Origin: Podarcis cretensis
Taxonomy: Eukaryota
NCBI GenBank assembly: GCA_951804945.1
Contig: OX638149.1
Coordinates: 61,876,001 to 61,940,000, forward strand
Reading direction: 5' to 3'
Length of the DNA stretch: 64,000 nucleotides
Shown here: positions 12,622 through 24,840 of the stretch, piece by piece
How the letters are laid out: every line of letters begins with the position of its first letter
Numbering within the stretch: position 1 is the stretch's first letter
Notes under the pieces: generated by a model
Databases searched by the model: none
What the model was told of the DNA's origin: nothing
The model's input: the letters and a program-made list of their open reading frames with translations, nothing else
Made by a program: the position numbers and the translations under genes

Positions 12622-14487
12622 TATAGTGGGCAGCAGAAATCCTTGGTGGCATAGAGGGTACATGGTCAGGGGACAATAGATGTTAGCAGCGTGACTGCCT
12701 GGCCAGTGATGCAGAAACTTCCTCCAGATGCATCTGTCCCTCTCACAACCGTGCACCCGATCCCCTTGAGCTCCCAACTTCCAATATTATTAAATGAAAC
12801 TTCCCTGACAGAAGCCAAGTCCCCTATTCACAGTCTTCTTACTGTCTAGATTCATAGCTGTGTCAGAATTCAGAATGTGTATTTGAACATTCCAGCAGCT
12901 GCTGTGTAAATAAATTAAAGCAATTGGAGACAAGAACACAAGGCTAGGTGCACATCCTGCTTCCACCGCTTGATGAGTTAACACAAGCTGCCACAGAGAA
13001 GCCTAACCGCACAAGCAATTAATGCTTTAAAGATTTACCAGACCCTTCATTATCTGGGGATAATTTCAACTGAAATGAGAGAGAACTTTTATCAGAGAGC
13101 TCTTATAAAGGTAATGATTTCCCTGTCCAAGAGACTTGGCTCTTTATTAACTGAAAGGACCTACGCTAGGAAATTCTGTACAGTTACAGAAGAAGGGGGC
13201 ACTCATATTCCAGCCAGCCAGCAATATTTAAAACCGTGATTAGAACACCACCAGTAGCAAATCAAAATTAAATTCAACCAATCTAACCTGCAGCTTACTG
13301 TGGCAGGCAACACAATCATGTGCTATATACTTTATATCACATATAATAAATTGCAGAAAGTTAATTTTAACAGGAAATTGGTAGGTCATAATAATCTGAT
13401 GTAATTCAGGAAAAAAGATTAAATTAATGGACTTTCATAAGCCAGCGTGCATTATTTCTTAATATGAGCATTACATTAAAAACAGGTTAATAATTTGTTT
13501 CCATATCTAAGAAAAGTTTTAAAATATAGCTTTTCATTTTAAAAAGAGAGAGAGCAGGGAAAGTACAAAGAAATGTGTCACCTTTAGCAAAGTCTGTTTT
13601 ATCTCCCCATGCTTTGATGGCTTTGTTCTGCAGTAAAAGGAGCTACAGAAATCCAAGAAACAGCCTTGCGTGACTGATTGCATGCTAGTCTTATTTCCCT
13701 TTTTATAATCTAAATGGTAAAACAAGCCAGTCATTTAAAACATGCAAGAGGAGAAATGTTCATGCACCTCTGTTTGTTTATTATTTTATTTATTCAATTT
13801 AATGTTCATCAGAAGTAGATTTTGCTTAACATACAATTGGCTGAGATTAGTCCTGAAAATGATCAGCCAGAATGAGAGAGAGAACGCAAGAGATGAGCTG
13901 TAACCTCAGCCATGCAATATTTCCTAATTCCTGGGATGTGCAGTATTGAAATCATCTAATGGCCCAGCTGTATGACTGGCAGCTGCCATTGCTGGACCTT
14001 GTTCACAGCTGCCATCTGTGGTGCGGCAGCACCTGCCTTTGGCATGGCTGGTTCCATTGTCTGCCCTTCACTTCAGTCAAGCTTCTTAAGAGCCATGCAA
14101 TGACACTTGTGTGGCATTGGTGAGAGATGGCGCCATTACATTCTGAAGGGCCATTAACAAAACCTTAGGACAACCACGCACTTGGTATTTTCGGGGGGGA
14201 ATTATGCTGCAGCTGAAGCTATGTGGTCAGTGTGGCATGCAGGGCAAAGTGATTCAACTAGCTAGCAACCCATCTTCCTTGAAAATGAAGTTACATGGTA
14301 GTAGGGACCGTTTGTGGGCTTATCTAACTGTTCTGGCTCCATTCACAGCAGAACCATGTAGGCCCCTGGTGTGCTAAGAGCTGCAGTTCATTCTCTTGCT
14401 TGCGCTGAAAAGTTTGATTCTTTAGAACAGGTGTGGGTGGAAATCTGTCATTGGCCTCCAACTTCCATCAATCTTAGTGAGCATAGT

Positions 14488-15138
14488 TGTGGGAACGTTG
14501 AGGAAGGCAGGAGAGGATGTATTGATTAAATATTATTCCTCCTCACTCATGCTAGTGAGCAAGCAGCAGAGCACATTCCCTTACAGATTGCTGGAAGCAA
14601 GTTGATGATTCGTTAGAATCCTTTAATTTAAGCAATCCAATCTGGATTGTCCAGTCTGGATTGTTCCTGGTAAATTTCCCCTTTATTTCCCTCTTAAAAT
14701 AAGAATTACATGACAGTCTTCTTTAAAAGTAAGAGTAAAGTGTACTTACATTCAGTTCACAGCAGTAATCTGAAGGCAGGCTTTATCTTGTGGTTACAGT
14801 TACTTTTGTAGAGAAAAGAAGTCTGAGCTACGCCTCAGATTTTCCACATTGTCCATCATCCGTAAGGATGAGCCATGTGCTGGCTAAGAGCCAAAAGAGG
14901 AGGTCCAAGAGAGAAGTCTGAAATGAGAAAATGGAAAAGGGAAGATGGCTGCATGGCTAGCCCTTTTACATGGTCAGCTAGGGTCACACCCATCTACCTG
15001 GTCACACACAGGGGGACGAGGCACCAGAATAAGTATGACAGGAAGTCCTCCCTGTCTGGGGCCACATCCCCCTGTGTGTCCACTCTAGGCAACAGGAAAA
15101 TGTTGTACTTGACTGCTTCAGTGATGATACATCCCACA
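14488..15138. mobile_element. Solo LTR inserted in a hairpin hAT MITE
   Basis: Ends TGTGGGA...TCCCACA with a 5-bp TSD ATAGT (14483-14487 and 15139-15143). The flanks rejoin into a MITE of the family seen at 47485. Confidence 0.8.
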
Positions 15139-15807
15139 ATAGTCAATGGCCAAGGGCAGCATCTGAAGGTCCACAGGTTCCCCATCTCTGCGCTCGCACT
15201 CTCACTGTAGTCTGCCCTTCGAGAATGCTCAGGAATGAAGAAAATGAGAGCACTAAGAAGAGAGCGAGAGAAAGAAGAGAAAGACCTGTAGAAAATAAGC
15301 TAACAAATAATGTTGTGTTTGTTTAATCCAATATCAGATACAGTATTTCTGGATGCAAAGAAAAACTGCTTTTCAAGAGACAAGAAAACAATTCCAGGAG
15401 AACTTTGCTGTTACTGCCCAATGTTTCAGAAATCCTGCCTAATGGGTTACTATCGAAAGCCTCTTATGGTGATCATGTGTAGTATGCTAAATACTGACAA
15501 AGTGAGTCAGATGGTCGGACCTGAAACAAGCAGTGAGGCACATGGTTTTCACTAAATAATTGAGGCTGATCAATCTGCACTAGTTTTTGAACATCAGATT
15601 TGTAGATCAACATTCTAATAGGATGCTGCTTCAGCTGCATCTAAAAAGGGCGTTTAGGTTTGGGCTATACAAATATTTAAAATGCCCTTATGCATGTTTG
15701 ACTTGCCATTCTAAATGCACATACACAATTGATGCAGTCAATCCATTAAATCATTTCTGGGTTATTTGATTTAGTACATCATCATCATGATTATTAAAAA
15801 GTCTATA

Positions 15808-16045
15808 CAGTGGTACTTGGGGTTTACAAACACTTCGGGTTACAAACACAGGGTTACAAACTCCGCTAACCCAGAAGTAGTACCTCGGGTTGTGAAGTTT
15901 CCCCAGGATGAGAACGGAAATTGTGCGCCGGCGGCCCGGCGGCAGTGAAGGGCCCATTAGCAAAAGTGTGCCTCAAGTTAAAAGTGGTTTCGAGTTAAGA
16001 ATGCACCTCCAGAACAAATTAAGTTCATAACCCGAGGTACCACTG
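15808..16045. mobile_element. Tc1/mariner MITE, copy 2 (opposite orientation)
   Basis: TA|cagtggtac...gaggtaccactg|TA, internal sequence similar to copy 1. Confidence 0.85.
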
Positions 16046-16197
16046 TACTTCCCTTCATCTGAGGATGACAGGGTAGTATACATTTTAAAAATCTGTTGAA
16101 GCTTAAGCACATCACTTTTTATACGTATGTGTTATTAGCAGTGTACATTTTTATATGTCCTCTTAATTTCAGTTGGAGACAGCTAAGCATGTACAAA

Positions 16198-16560
16198 GGG
16201 ACGCAGGTGGCGCTGTGGGTTAAAGCCTCAGCGCCTAGGGCTTGCCGATCGAAAGGTCGGCGGTTCGAATCCCTGCGGCGGGGTGCGCTCCCGCTGCTCG
16301 GTCCCAGCGCCTGCCAACCTAGCAGTTCGAAAGCACCTCCGGGTGCAAGTAGATAAATAGGGACCGCTTACCAGCGGGAAGGTAAACGGCGTTTCCGTGT
16401 GCGGCTCTGGCTCGCCAGAGCAGCGATGTCACGCTGGCCACGTGACCCGGAAGTGTCTCCGGACAGCGCTGGCCCCCGGCCTCTTAAGTGAGATGGGCGC
16501 ACAACCCCAGAGTCTGTCAAGACTGGCCCGTACGGGCAGGGGTACCTTTACCTTTACCTT
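16198..16560 (+). mobile_element. Young full-length Sauria SINE (Squam1-type)
   Basis: Pol III box A/B head (tggcgctgtgg..ggttcgaatcc), (acctt t)n-type tail, intact CpGs and a perfect 13-bp TSD TAAGCATGTACAA (16184-16196 and 16561-16573). Confidence 0.92.
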
Positions 16561-19370
16561 TAAGCATGTACAATCCTTGATCTTATTAGCATTTAAGCAT
16601 GTTTAATTCTGGTTGGATAATGCCCTAATTGTTTTTGCTTCTGCCTTTTCAGCAGTTCTCTCATATCATCATAAAACTTGAAGGAATCAAAAGACCAGCT
16701 AGTTTTAGAATCCCATTTTCTACTATTCACTCCCAAATGCCATTCAGTCCAGATTAAAGCATGCCAACATCACAGAGCAGGTGTGCTGCCGTACAGTGCC
16801 AAAACAGTGAGCCAAGCCATATGCTAAAGCAGGGGTGGGGAGGAGATTGTGTGGTCCTCCAGGGTGACTTGACTACATCAGCTCTTGATCATGGGCTATG
16901 GGCCTAGGGCTGACAGGAGTTGGAATTGACTGGGACTGACATCAGGAGGGTCAGTTCGCCACCCTTGAGATAAAGTGAAGTTTGTGAGTGTGTGAGTTAT
17001 AGGGTTAGTTTTCACCCTCCCAGTATCTTAAGGCTATTGATCAATGATTCTCCCTGTTTACCTCCACTCCTGAACTATTAGGCCTCCCCCTGCAGTTTTG
17101 CATTTTGAAATCTGAGCTTTCCTTTCCATAACTCCAACATTCATACGATTAGGATTCTTTCCCCCTGCATTTATTTATTTATTTATTTATTTGCTTATCT
17201 GCAAGGACTTGGAGTGGGGGGCAAGGTACCGATGGGAGAGGAGGGGGAGATGCGAGCTGATCCAGGACAAGATCAATTACTATTTTTCATCTTTGACAAA
17301 GTAATTAAGGCTGTAGTGACTTGTTAATTCAATCCGAATGGCTGCTGTGGTGATAGATGCAGATTTACAATCAGTTCTGCTTCAGCGTAGGGAAATGATT
17401 ATCCACTGCAAGCAGGAGGCCTGAGAGCAGGGAATCACTCCAGGGAGACGTGTTTCCTTTTTTAAAGAGACTGCAGGCTGCGCTACAGAGACAGAAAAAA
17501 GCACATATGAAGGGAGGGGTGAGAGAGAGCTGCCCTCATCTTCTCTAACACCCATATTAACACTTACATATACAGTGGGTTGGAAACCATGTATGCAAAG
17601 GATTACTGCGCATACAGCTCTCACAACTGGATCCCTGAAGCCAATATGTGAGATGATGTGTGTGCAGTGCCCAATGCTGGATTGGGGCCATGTGCGCCAT
17701 GCCAGACAGATGGTCAGCGCTATCAGCTTTGACAGGACTTGTTCCTGCATCCTTTCATCCCCTCATCCCAATCACAACCAATAGCACTAGCCTTCTGACT
17801 GGTGAGGCTCAGTGTGCAGAGATACAGCAATTTCCTTATAGAATGAAAGCTTGATCCATTTACTACAGAGAGCAAATCCATATGGCCAATCTGGCAAGTT
17901 GAGGCTTGAGGGCAGATTGAGTTTGTCTGTGCAGCATTCTACCCAAGGGTAAAATGGTGATGTTATTTGCTGCTTCTTGAACACAACACACATTTAAGCT
18001 TTATTCACACTATAAATGTATGTTGGCTTTAGATCACTTAATTGTCATGGCTTCCCCAAAGGAACCCTAGGAATCATCGTATGGAAAGGGTCTGATTAAT
18101 CTGTTCCCATTCTGATTCCCTAGCCCTGCCCCTTTCATGATACAATTCTCAGGACTGTCTTATAGAAGGAGTGATTTTTCAACCAGGATAAGTTCATAAT
18201 ATATATTCTGAATGTTTAACCAGATTTGGGGCAGATTTACTTCAGTAACTATTCACCTGTGCTGTGAGCTGGAAATATTCTGAACTCACGGCAGGTCCAA
18301 CAACCTCAATACCACAGAGAGCATGCAAATCCTTCAGAGATCTACTCAGCCTATATGTCAAGCATGTGAATTTACACTGTGACACGAAGTCATGCAAATC
18401 TACACAAAGTTTGTCAAATACAAACAGCTGTTTCTTAAAATGGCATCAAAGCAGTGCATGATAGCATGGGTGCCTGTTTCCAAATTTTACTTCTTACATA
18501 ATCTCTGTAGAATAAAATAGACCACGGCACCCTGTTTTAAACGCCTTTTGATCAGGCAGCTTTCTATGTACCACACACTTAGGAAAACACAGCAGATTTC
18601 TGTGCAGCCAGTTTGAGGAACATCAGTGACCGAGTGCACCGCATGGGCTGCCTCAAAGATGGAACTTCTCAAAGCTAACTGATGTCAAGGTAGCCCCAAG
18701 GTCAAATTTGTGATGGAATAATAAGAAATGCTTTCATACATTTTTGATGGGAATATCGGAAGTCTCAGGATTTCTGGTGGTTTGTGTATGCTACATGCTC
18801 AAGTATGCTGTGCCAAGAGGCCAACATGGTAACATGGATCCAGCGTTAGCCTTTTAAATCTTTGTTTTGTGGGAGGAATAAGGCCATTTTGTTTGAAACT
18901 TTGACAACTCACCTCCTTGTTGCAGCTCTCATGGAAGTTGCACACTTTGGGGGACGTGACAGGCAGTTTGATAAAGGGAGGTGGTGTGGCAGGATATGGC
19001 AGCTAGCATTGGCTGACAAATTAACACAGCAATGCAAACTGTCTGGGGGTGAAATTGAGTGGGACACTTATTCTGAAGGCTGGATGCGCCTACATTAATT
19101 CTAACCCTAGGGAATCCAGATCCAGCCTGCCTGCCAGCCAGCTCAGTGTTCCTTTTGGACAGACACCTTGGTATAGCTGGGAATTTATGCCCTTGGTCAA
19201 TGTTGTATTGTTTATTCTTTCTGCTTATTTGAAGAAAAAAAATGATGTTTGCTTACATGGTAGTCATGGGTCTTTTCTTCTACAACTGGATGGGATGTGC
19301 ATGTTTGTGATCTTATTCTTACTGTTGAGGTTGCAATTGTTACTGTCTTTCAATTCAAGGGAAAAAAAGG

Positions 19371-20011
19371 CATGGAGATGTTCAGGGTGTCAGGAGAGGA
19401 TATATTGTTTATTAATATCCTTCCTAACTTGCGATAGAGTTTACATCATAAGCAGAGTTTACATTCCCCTTCTCACATACAGCAGAAAGCTGGTTGCAGG
19501 CTCGTTAGAACCTCTTACTATTATGCAGTTTAATCTGCCTCAGATTGAATTGTATATTCCTGGTAAAATCCCCTGTAAAAATCCCTCCTAAAAGAATAAA
19601 GACAACGCCATCTTATTCATAAGCAATAAAAAGAAAGTTTACTCATGATCAGGCAGAGCACAGTGTGATTCTTGTAGGCAGGCTTTAGGCTTAAAGATAC
19701 AAATTTATACTAACAGGTTTATCCCATAAGGGAGATGACCTGGGCGACTGCTTGGCTGGCAGCCAGCAGTTCATTCCAGGAAGTTCGTAGGATGGAAGGA
19801 AAATGGAAAAGAGAGAGAGTGGCAGCATGCCTTGGCCTTTTACCGGGTCTGGAAAGATCATGGCCACCCACTAGTCACATGCAAGGAAGGATGCTGCAGG
19901 CCAGGAGGAACAGGAAGTTTTGACTGGCTGGACCAAACATTCTCTTGCATGTCCACTCTAGGAAAACAAGGAATGTTGTATCTGACTGCTCCCAGTGGAT
20001 TACATCCCACA
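19371..20011. mobile_element. Diverged solo LTR of the same family
   Basis: Collinear with 14488-15138 (caggagaggat.tattg, tcgttagaa, ttcctggtaaa, tgtccactctagg, acatcccaca). Confidence 0.7.
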
Positions 20012-21389
20012 ACAAGAAGGACCCTTTAGTCTGCAACTTATTTTGCCAGGAAACATGTTTCTGATGGAGTGGGGGGACGGGGCTGGCACATGGGCACTCA
20101 TGTGATTGTTTCCAGGGAGGGCAAAGGAAACAAACAAATATAACTAGCATCAACTAACAGATGTGTCATTTATGGGAAATCTGGTGATTCAGTGGTAGAG
20201 AGGCCTGGGTAGATCTGGCCTCTGACAAACTTGCAACCCAGATTCATCCTTCCACTGTTTTGCTGTATATCTGTGGGTAGCCTTAGTATCCAGACAATAT
20301 TTAACACTTATTGCACTTATATCTTTTTTTATTATTCAATGAGTTTAAGATGTTATACTGGAGATGGTTCTCCTCTCCCTCATTTAATCCTCGCAACCTT
20401 GTGACTACTGAAACCCTCAGTCCATTCTCTGGCATCCTTCACTCCCTCCCCCCTTAATTAATTGCAGATATCTGGAATTTTAACATAAAAACAAAAGGTA
20501 GATTCAAAGGAAGGAGTGCTTTCTAACAAGGGTATATGGAAAAACGTCTTCCTGAATGCTGGAGAACTGTATGTTTAACCTTAGGAAGTGTGATGTCTGA
20601 GTTCCATGAATTTCAAGTCTCCAGGTCAAATTCTTACTCTTATTTCAAATATGTTCTCTTAAGTAGGCCTCCCAGTGTGGTTTCCCATCCAGGTATATTA
20701 TCATATTCACCCAGTTTCAGGAAGGCTGCAGCATCAAGGTTCCAATTCTGGGCCCAAATTCTGGGAATTCTAAAGGCACAAAGAAATGAAAAGATTGAAC
20801 ATCAGCCAAATAGACACTGAAGGCAGGGATTGAATTTTTTTTTAAATTTTTTTTTTGCTGCCTCTTTTCTTCTAAGGAGGATCTCTGACCCTCTTCATGT
20901 CATCAAAACAGAAGCAGCGCCCATCTCTTCCAGGAACCTGCCTCCCATGGTGGCCAACTTTCAGCCAGAATTTCTATAAGCAATCTGTACAGGGTTGCCT
21001 TCACAGCACAAAGCCACTGCTGCTTCATTGGCCAACTTCCCATGCTCTTTCTAGCTCCCTGTTAACAAAGAGGAAACAAATACCAGCAGTGTTGGTGCAG
21101 ATCTCCCATAAGTTTATGGAGGGATTTTTTAAAGCGACGTAGATTATGTAGAGGGGTAGTTCACCTGCCCCCCCACTCATTTCCGGGCCAGGACCCTTTC
21201 AAGCTGGCACAGTGATCTATCTAGCCCTGCAATAAAAAAAGAAAACCGTCCATCCCACGAGGGTTAAAAGAAAAATAAAAAGCCCCCCCTCCACCTCTTT
21301 CCCCTTTTTCTTCCTAAGGTCTCAACAAATGAAACTGATTTGTAAAAATGTTACATGGGGGGAAAATACGAGAGAGACATTACACACAC

Positions 21390-24300
21390 TTCTGTGAATC
21401 AAGAAAATCTTTAATAAAACAAAAAAGATGGAAATTGACACTTTGTAGCTGGGACGCAGAGTTTACTAGAAATTGGCCCTCTAGCCGCCGTCTCCCCTTC
21501 TTCCACTTCTACCCGCCTCTACTGCACCAAAGAGCATGTACAGATTGCTCTCTCCTCTTCGAGGCGCAACTGCGGCTGGGGTGCAAGGGGAAAGGCTCCA
21601 GTCCTGGTTTTGCTGCTCCCTTGTGTATCGGATGGGGTCGTGCAGATGTAGACGCCTCCTTCGGTGGTAGCAAAACGGCACGACTTTGACTCGCTTTTGT
21701 TTGCAGGAATTTACGCTGTGCGCTTCAAACTTCAATTGCTTCGGTTTAAATCCGCAGGATTCTGAGTCACTGATGCGCCAGTCCCTAAATCTCTGCTGCT
21801 CCTCCTCCTCCTCCTCTAACTCCCGTTGCGAACAGTCCCGCTCGTGAACTTGACTGGAAAGAGGCAAATCCCAGATAGGCAGCCCTCTTCGTTCTGCAGC
21901 AACGCGGAAACAAAAGGCTCCCTGGACGCAGGAGGCGCTTTGAGCACAGACCAAGCGCTGAGAGTTCCTTCTTGCCGCGGTCTTTGCTCTGAAGCTCCTC
22001 TCTGCAGCGGGCTGGGATGACGCGGGTTCCAGGCCCTCCTCGGCAACGCAGTTGCCCGCCCTTCTTGCCCTCAAAAGGAAGAAAGGTTTAAATAAAGAGG
22101 GAGGGGGGGAGCTGATGAGCAACGGGCAAAGGTTGTGGAGAGTTAAAGAAGGGGAGGGAGCGCTTACCAGGTTTAGCTATTTATAACATCCCTTCAAATC
22201 AAGAAGATCAATGAGTACGAAATTGTTGGCGCCTGATGTGCGCTTTATTAAATATGACGCCAGTAGACGCGCATTGGACCACCTTAGAGAGTGCGGAGAA
22301 AGGGGCTTGGGATACTCCCCGTTAACTCTTCCTCGTGTAGAAAATAATCTGATGAATAATACACTGGATGTCTCCGCACAAATGAAAGCTAATTAGATTA
22401 CATTGGAGACAAAATGAATCTATTTCCATCTACATTTATTTAAGCGCTACAACCATTCCTTGCTTTGGTTCTCTTGTGGAACCAGCGCATTGTAGTTGGG
22501 TGAGTTTGGGCGCTGCGAAGATTAGTTTTGAGAATACTGAGAGAGGGGAGGCTCGGGGGGTATAATTTAACCACTACCGAGATCTTCTTGCATAGGAAAA
22601 CTAGCTCTGTATTATTCTTCAGCCAACTTCTAATGAGGTTAATGGACTTGTTTGACTTCGGTAAAAGTGTGTGAGAGAGGGGCGGGATGAAGCTCTGAAA
22701 AGTTAAATGTTATGAGCTTGGAAAGCACCCTGAAACTCTCTTCCTAGTTCACTTAGTTAATCACCCATTTGCAATTATGTGAGTTTCCACTTCCAATTCA
22801 TCGATGTGGCTAACAAAATTCTGCTGGTGTGTTTTTCACTGAAGATAAAGATGTCCGGTTGTTGTTACTACTTTATTGTTCCACTTTCAAATTTAATAAA
22901 TTAACAGTGCGCTAAAACGGCCAGAAATTTATCAGCAGATTCCTGTAGTTCGAACCCTACCTTATTTATCGAAGTCTCCTGCTCCGGACAGTGAAACTGT
23001 GGCAAACAACACTAGTCCTTTAAGACGGATGGTTTGTCTCTTTTAATTTAGTTCATGTATTTTAAAGGGATTACTCTAATTTGGGGGGGTCTGGGTGACA
23101 CCAAAAGTAAAAAAACAAATCTGTTCTGTAACCCACAGCTGTATCTGCAATTGAATTGAAACCTTGGGCACGATTCAGCTACAGCTTGGTGCTTTTAAAT
23201 GGCGTTGATTTCAATAGGATAGTTAAGCTATCAACAGCGTGACTCTGTCACATCTACTTAGAGGCAAATAACATTGAATTCAATGGGACTTACTCTTGCT
23301 GAAAGCTGAAGTCCTATACACTCTTACCTAGGAGTAAGCCCCACTGAACGCACTTCTGAGTGAGTACAAGACTGCGCTGTAAGAAACACAGTAAGGAAAA
23401 CATTTCAAAGCAAGATGCAAATTATTTTATTTATGTTCTGATAAATACTCCCACCACCACCGGTGTTATATGCGTGCGCGGTACACATCTTTCTTAATTT
23501 TTTTTTAAATCGTATATTTTGATTCACGATTTTTATTTTCTTTTAAGCACACAGCAATGCCTTCGGAAATAAGTCCTACTGTGTTCAGTGCGGTTGAGTC
23601 TCAAGTGTGCCTGACTCCTAAAAAGCCAAGAGAGCTGCCGGCCCAACTTTTTAGTAGCATATCTGATGCTGCAGCACTGAGATAATGTGGGTTAATAGAA
23701 GTTTGCTAATGTCTTCAGTTGGAATCCGTGCTAGACATCTGAAGGGCATCGAACGAAGCAGGATATTGCTTGTATTTTTAAATTGCAAGTGTGCATTTCA
23801 TAATTGTATACACAGAGATACATAAAAGGCGGGTGGAATATTCTTTTCCACAATGTGCACAAGGCCACTATACATACGTACATATATGTTCAAAACTCAC
23901 GCTGATCCTAAATGCGTTTGCTTGAAATAATGCTGCATTGATTTTAAGGGAAATTGTTTCCTCATAAGAGTGACTGGTTAGGATCGCAGCATGTACCCTG
24001 TACTGTCCAGTTTGGGAAGCGTGCAAAAAATATAATCGTGTTCCTTTTACGGCTGCTGTTCTGTAACTAAAGCTTTTACTTACACATCGAAGCTACATGG
24101 GAAACAATGAGCCAGAGCTGCTTAGAGAATCTCGGGAATTCTCTAGGATGCGCAGAGTTGTCCAAAGGGCGCTTCAACTTTGCGCTCGAAGATTGGATCC
24201 AACAGTTCCTCCTTACCTGCTCAACCTCAAGCATTTTTTAAACGCATCAAATATGCTCAGCATGTCTTTTTCTCTTCACCCCACTGCCCTAAAGATGACC

Positions 24301-24730
24301 TCGATGGATATTAACACATTCCTGAGCTGCTTGGGTTGATTTCGTCTGTGTTATGTCTCCAGTTGCGTTTTGTGGACAGAAGCCGGGAGAGGGGAGATTC
24401 CTCCCCTTTCCTGAAGATCTGTTACATTAAATCAAAACGCTGCCGTGGCCAGCCTGCAGCTGAAAGGCAGGGAGAAGAAGGCGCACGGGCTGAAGCGTCT
24501 AAAAAAAAAGTCGAAAGACGTGGTGGAATGGGGTGTGTCCATTGCAGAGGTTCTGGCTTGAAGCGTAAGGAGACGTAGAGCGGTGCTCGCAGGAGGGAGG
24601 CGGAGGCGGGGAGGTCTTTCGCGGCTCGCGTTTGTGCTTTGGGTGCAATAGGACGTGTTCCTCACATGTTCTTTTTCTAATTACCAGCAAGAAAGTTCTG
24701 CTTTCGTTGGGCTTGGCTTATTCAGCATAT
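21390..24730 (-). ncRNA. Putative spliced antisense/divergent transcript (lncRNA or orphan coding gene)
   Basis: Chain of minus-strand splice signals defining exons about 24730-24685, 24498(or 24459)-24217, 22282-22168 and 22069-21390, with ATTAAA at 21415-21410 followed by a GT-rich tract. Predicted from signals only. Confidence 0.45.
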
Positions 24731-24840
24731 CCCCCCGCCCCAATGAGTCACACCGAACACGTAATCCCAACCGCTGCCTGAGTGACAGCGAGCCGGCGCG
24801 CAGGCTTCTTGTTGTCCCTTTAAAATCCGAATCCAAGGGT
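24590..24840. promoter_or_regulatory. Probable SLC6A5 promoter (possibly bidirectional)
   Basis: GC boxes (gggaggcggaggcgggg near 24595, ccccgcccc near 24733), CCAAT near 24740, AP-1 TGAGTCA near 24744 and TATA-like tttaaaa near 24818, all 200-400 nt upstream of the ATG in CpG-rich DNA. The TSS is not directly visible. Confidence 0.6.

Noticed and set aside
19049-19591. 180-aa ORF
   Set aside because: Non-ATG start, runs into a solo LTR, and shows no recognisable domain or splice structure.
14488-20011. Full provirus bounded by the two similar LTRs
   Set aside because: The first LTR has its own TSD on both sides, the two copies are highly diverged, and no gag/pol remnant is visible between them.
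21481-22122. 213-aa ORF as a stand-alone single-exon gene
   Set aside because: It has a non-ATG start, and its first 17 codons lie in a pyrimidine tract that looks intronic. It is kept only as part of the spliced model.
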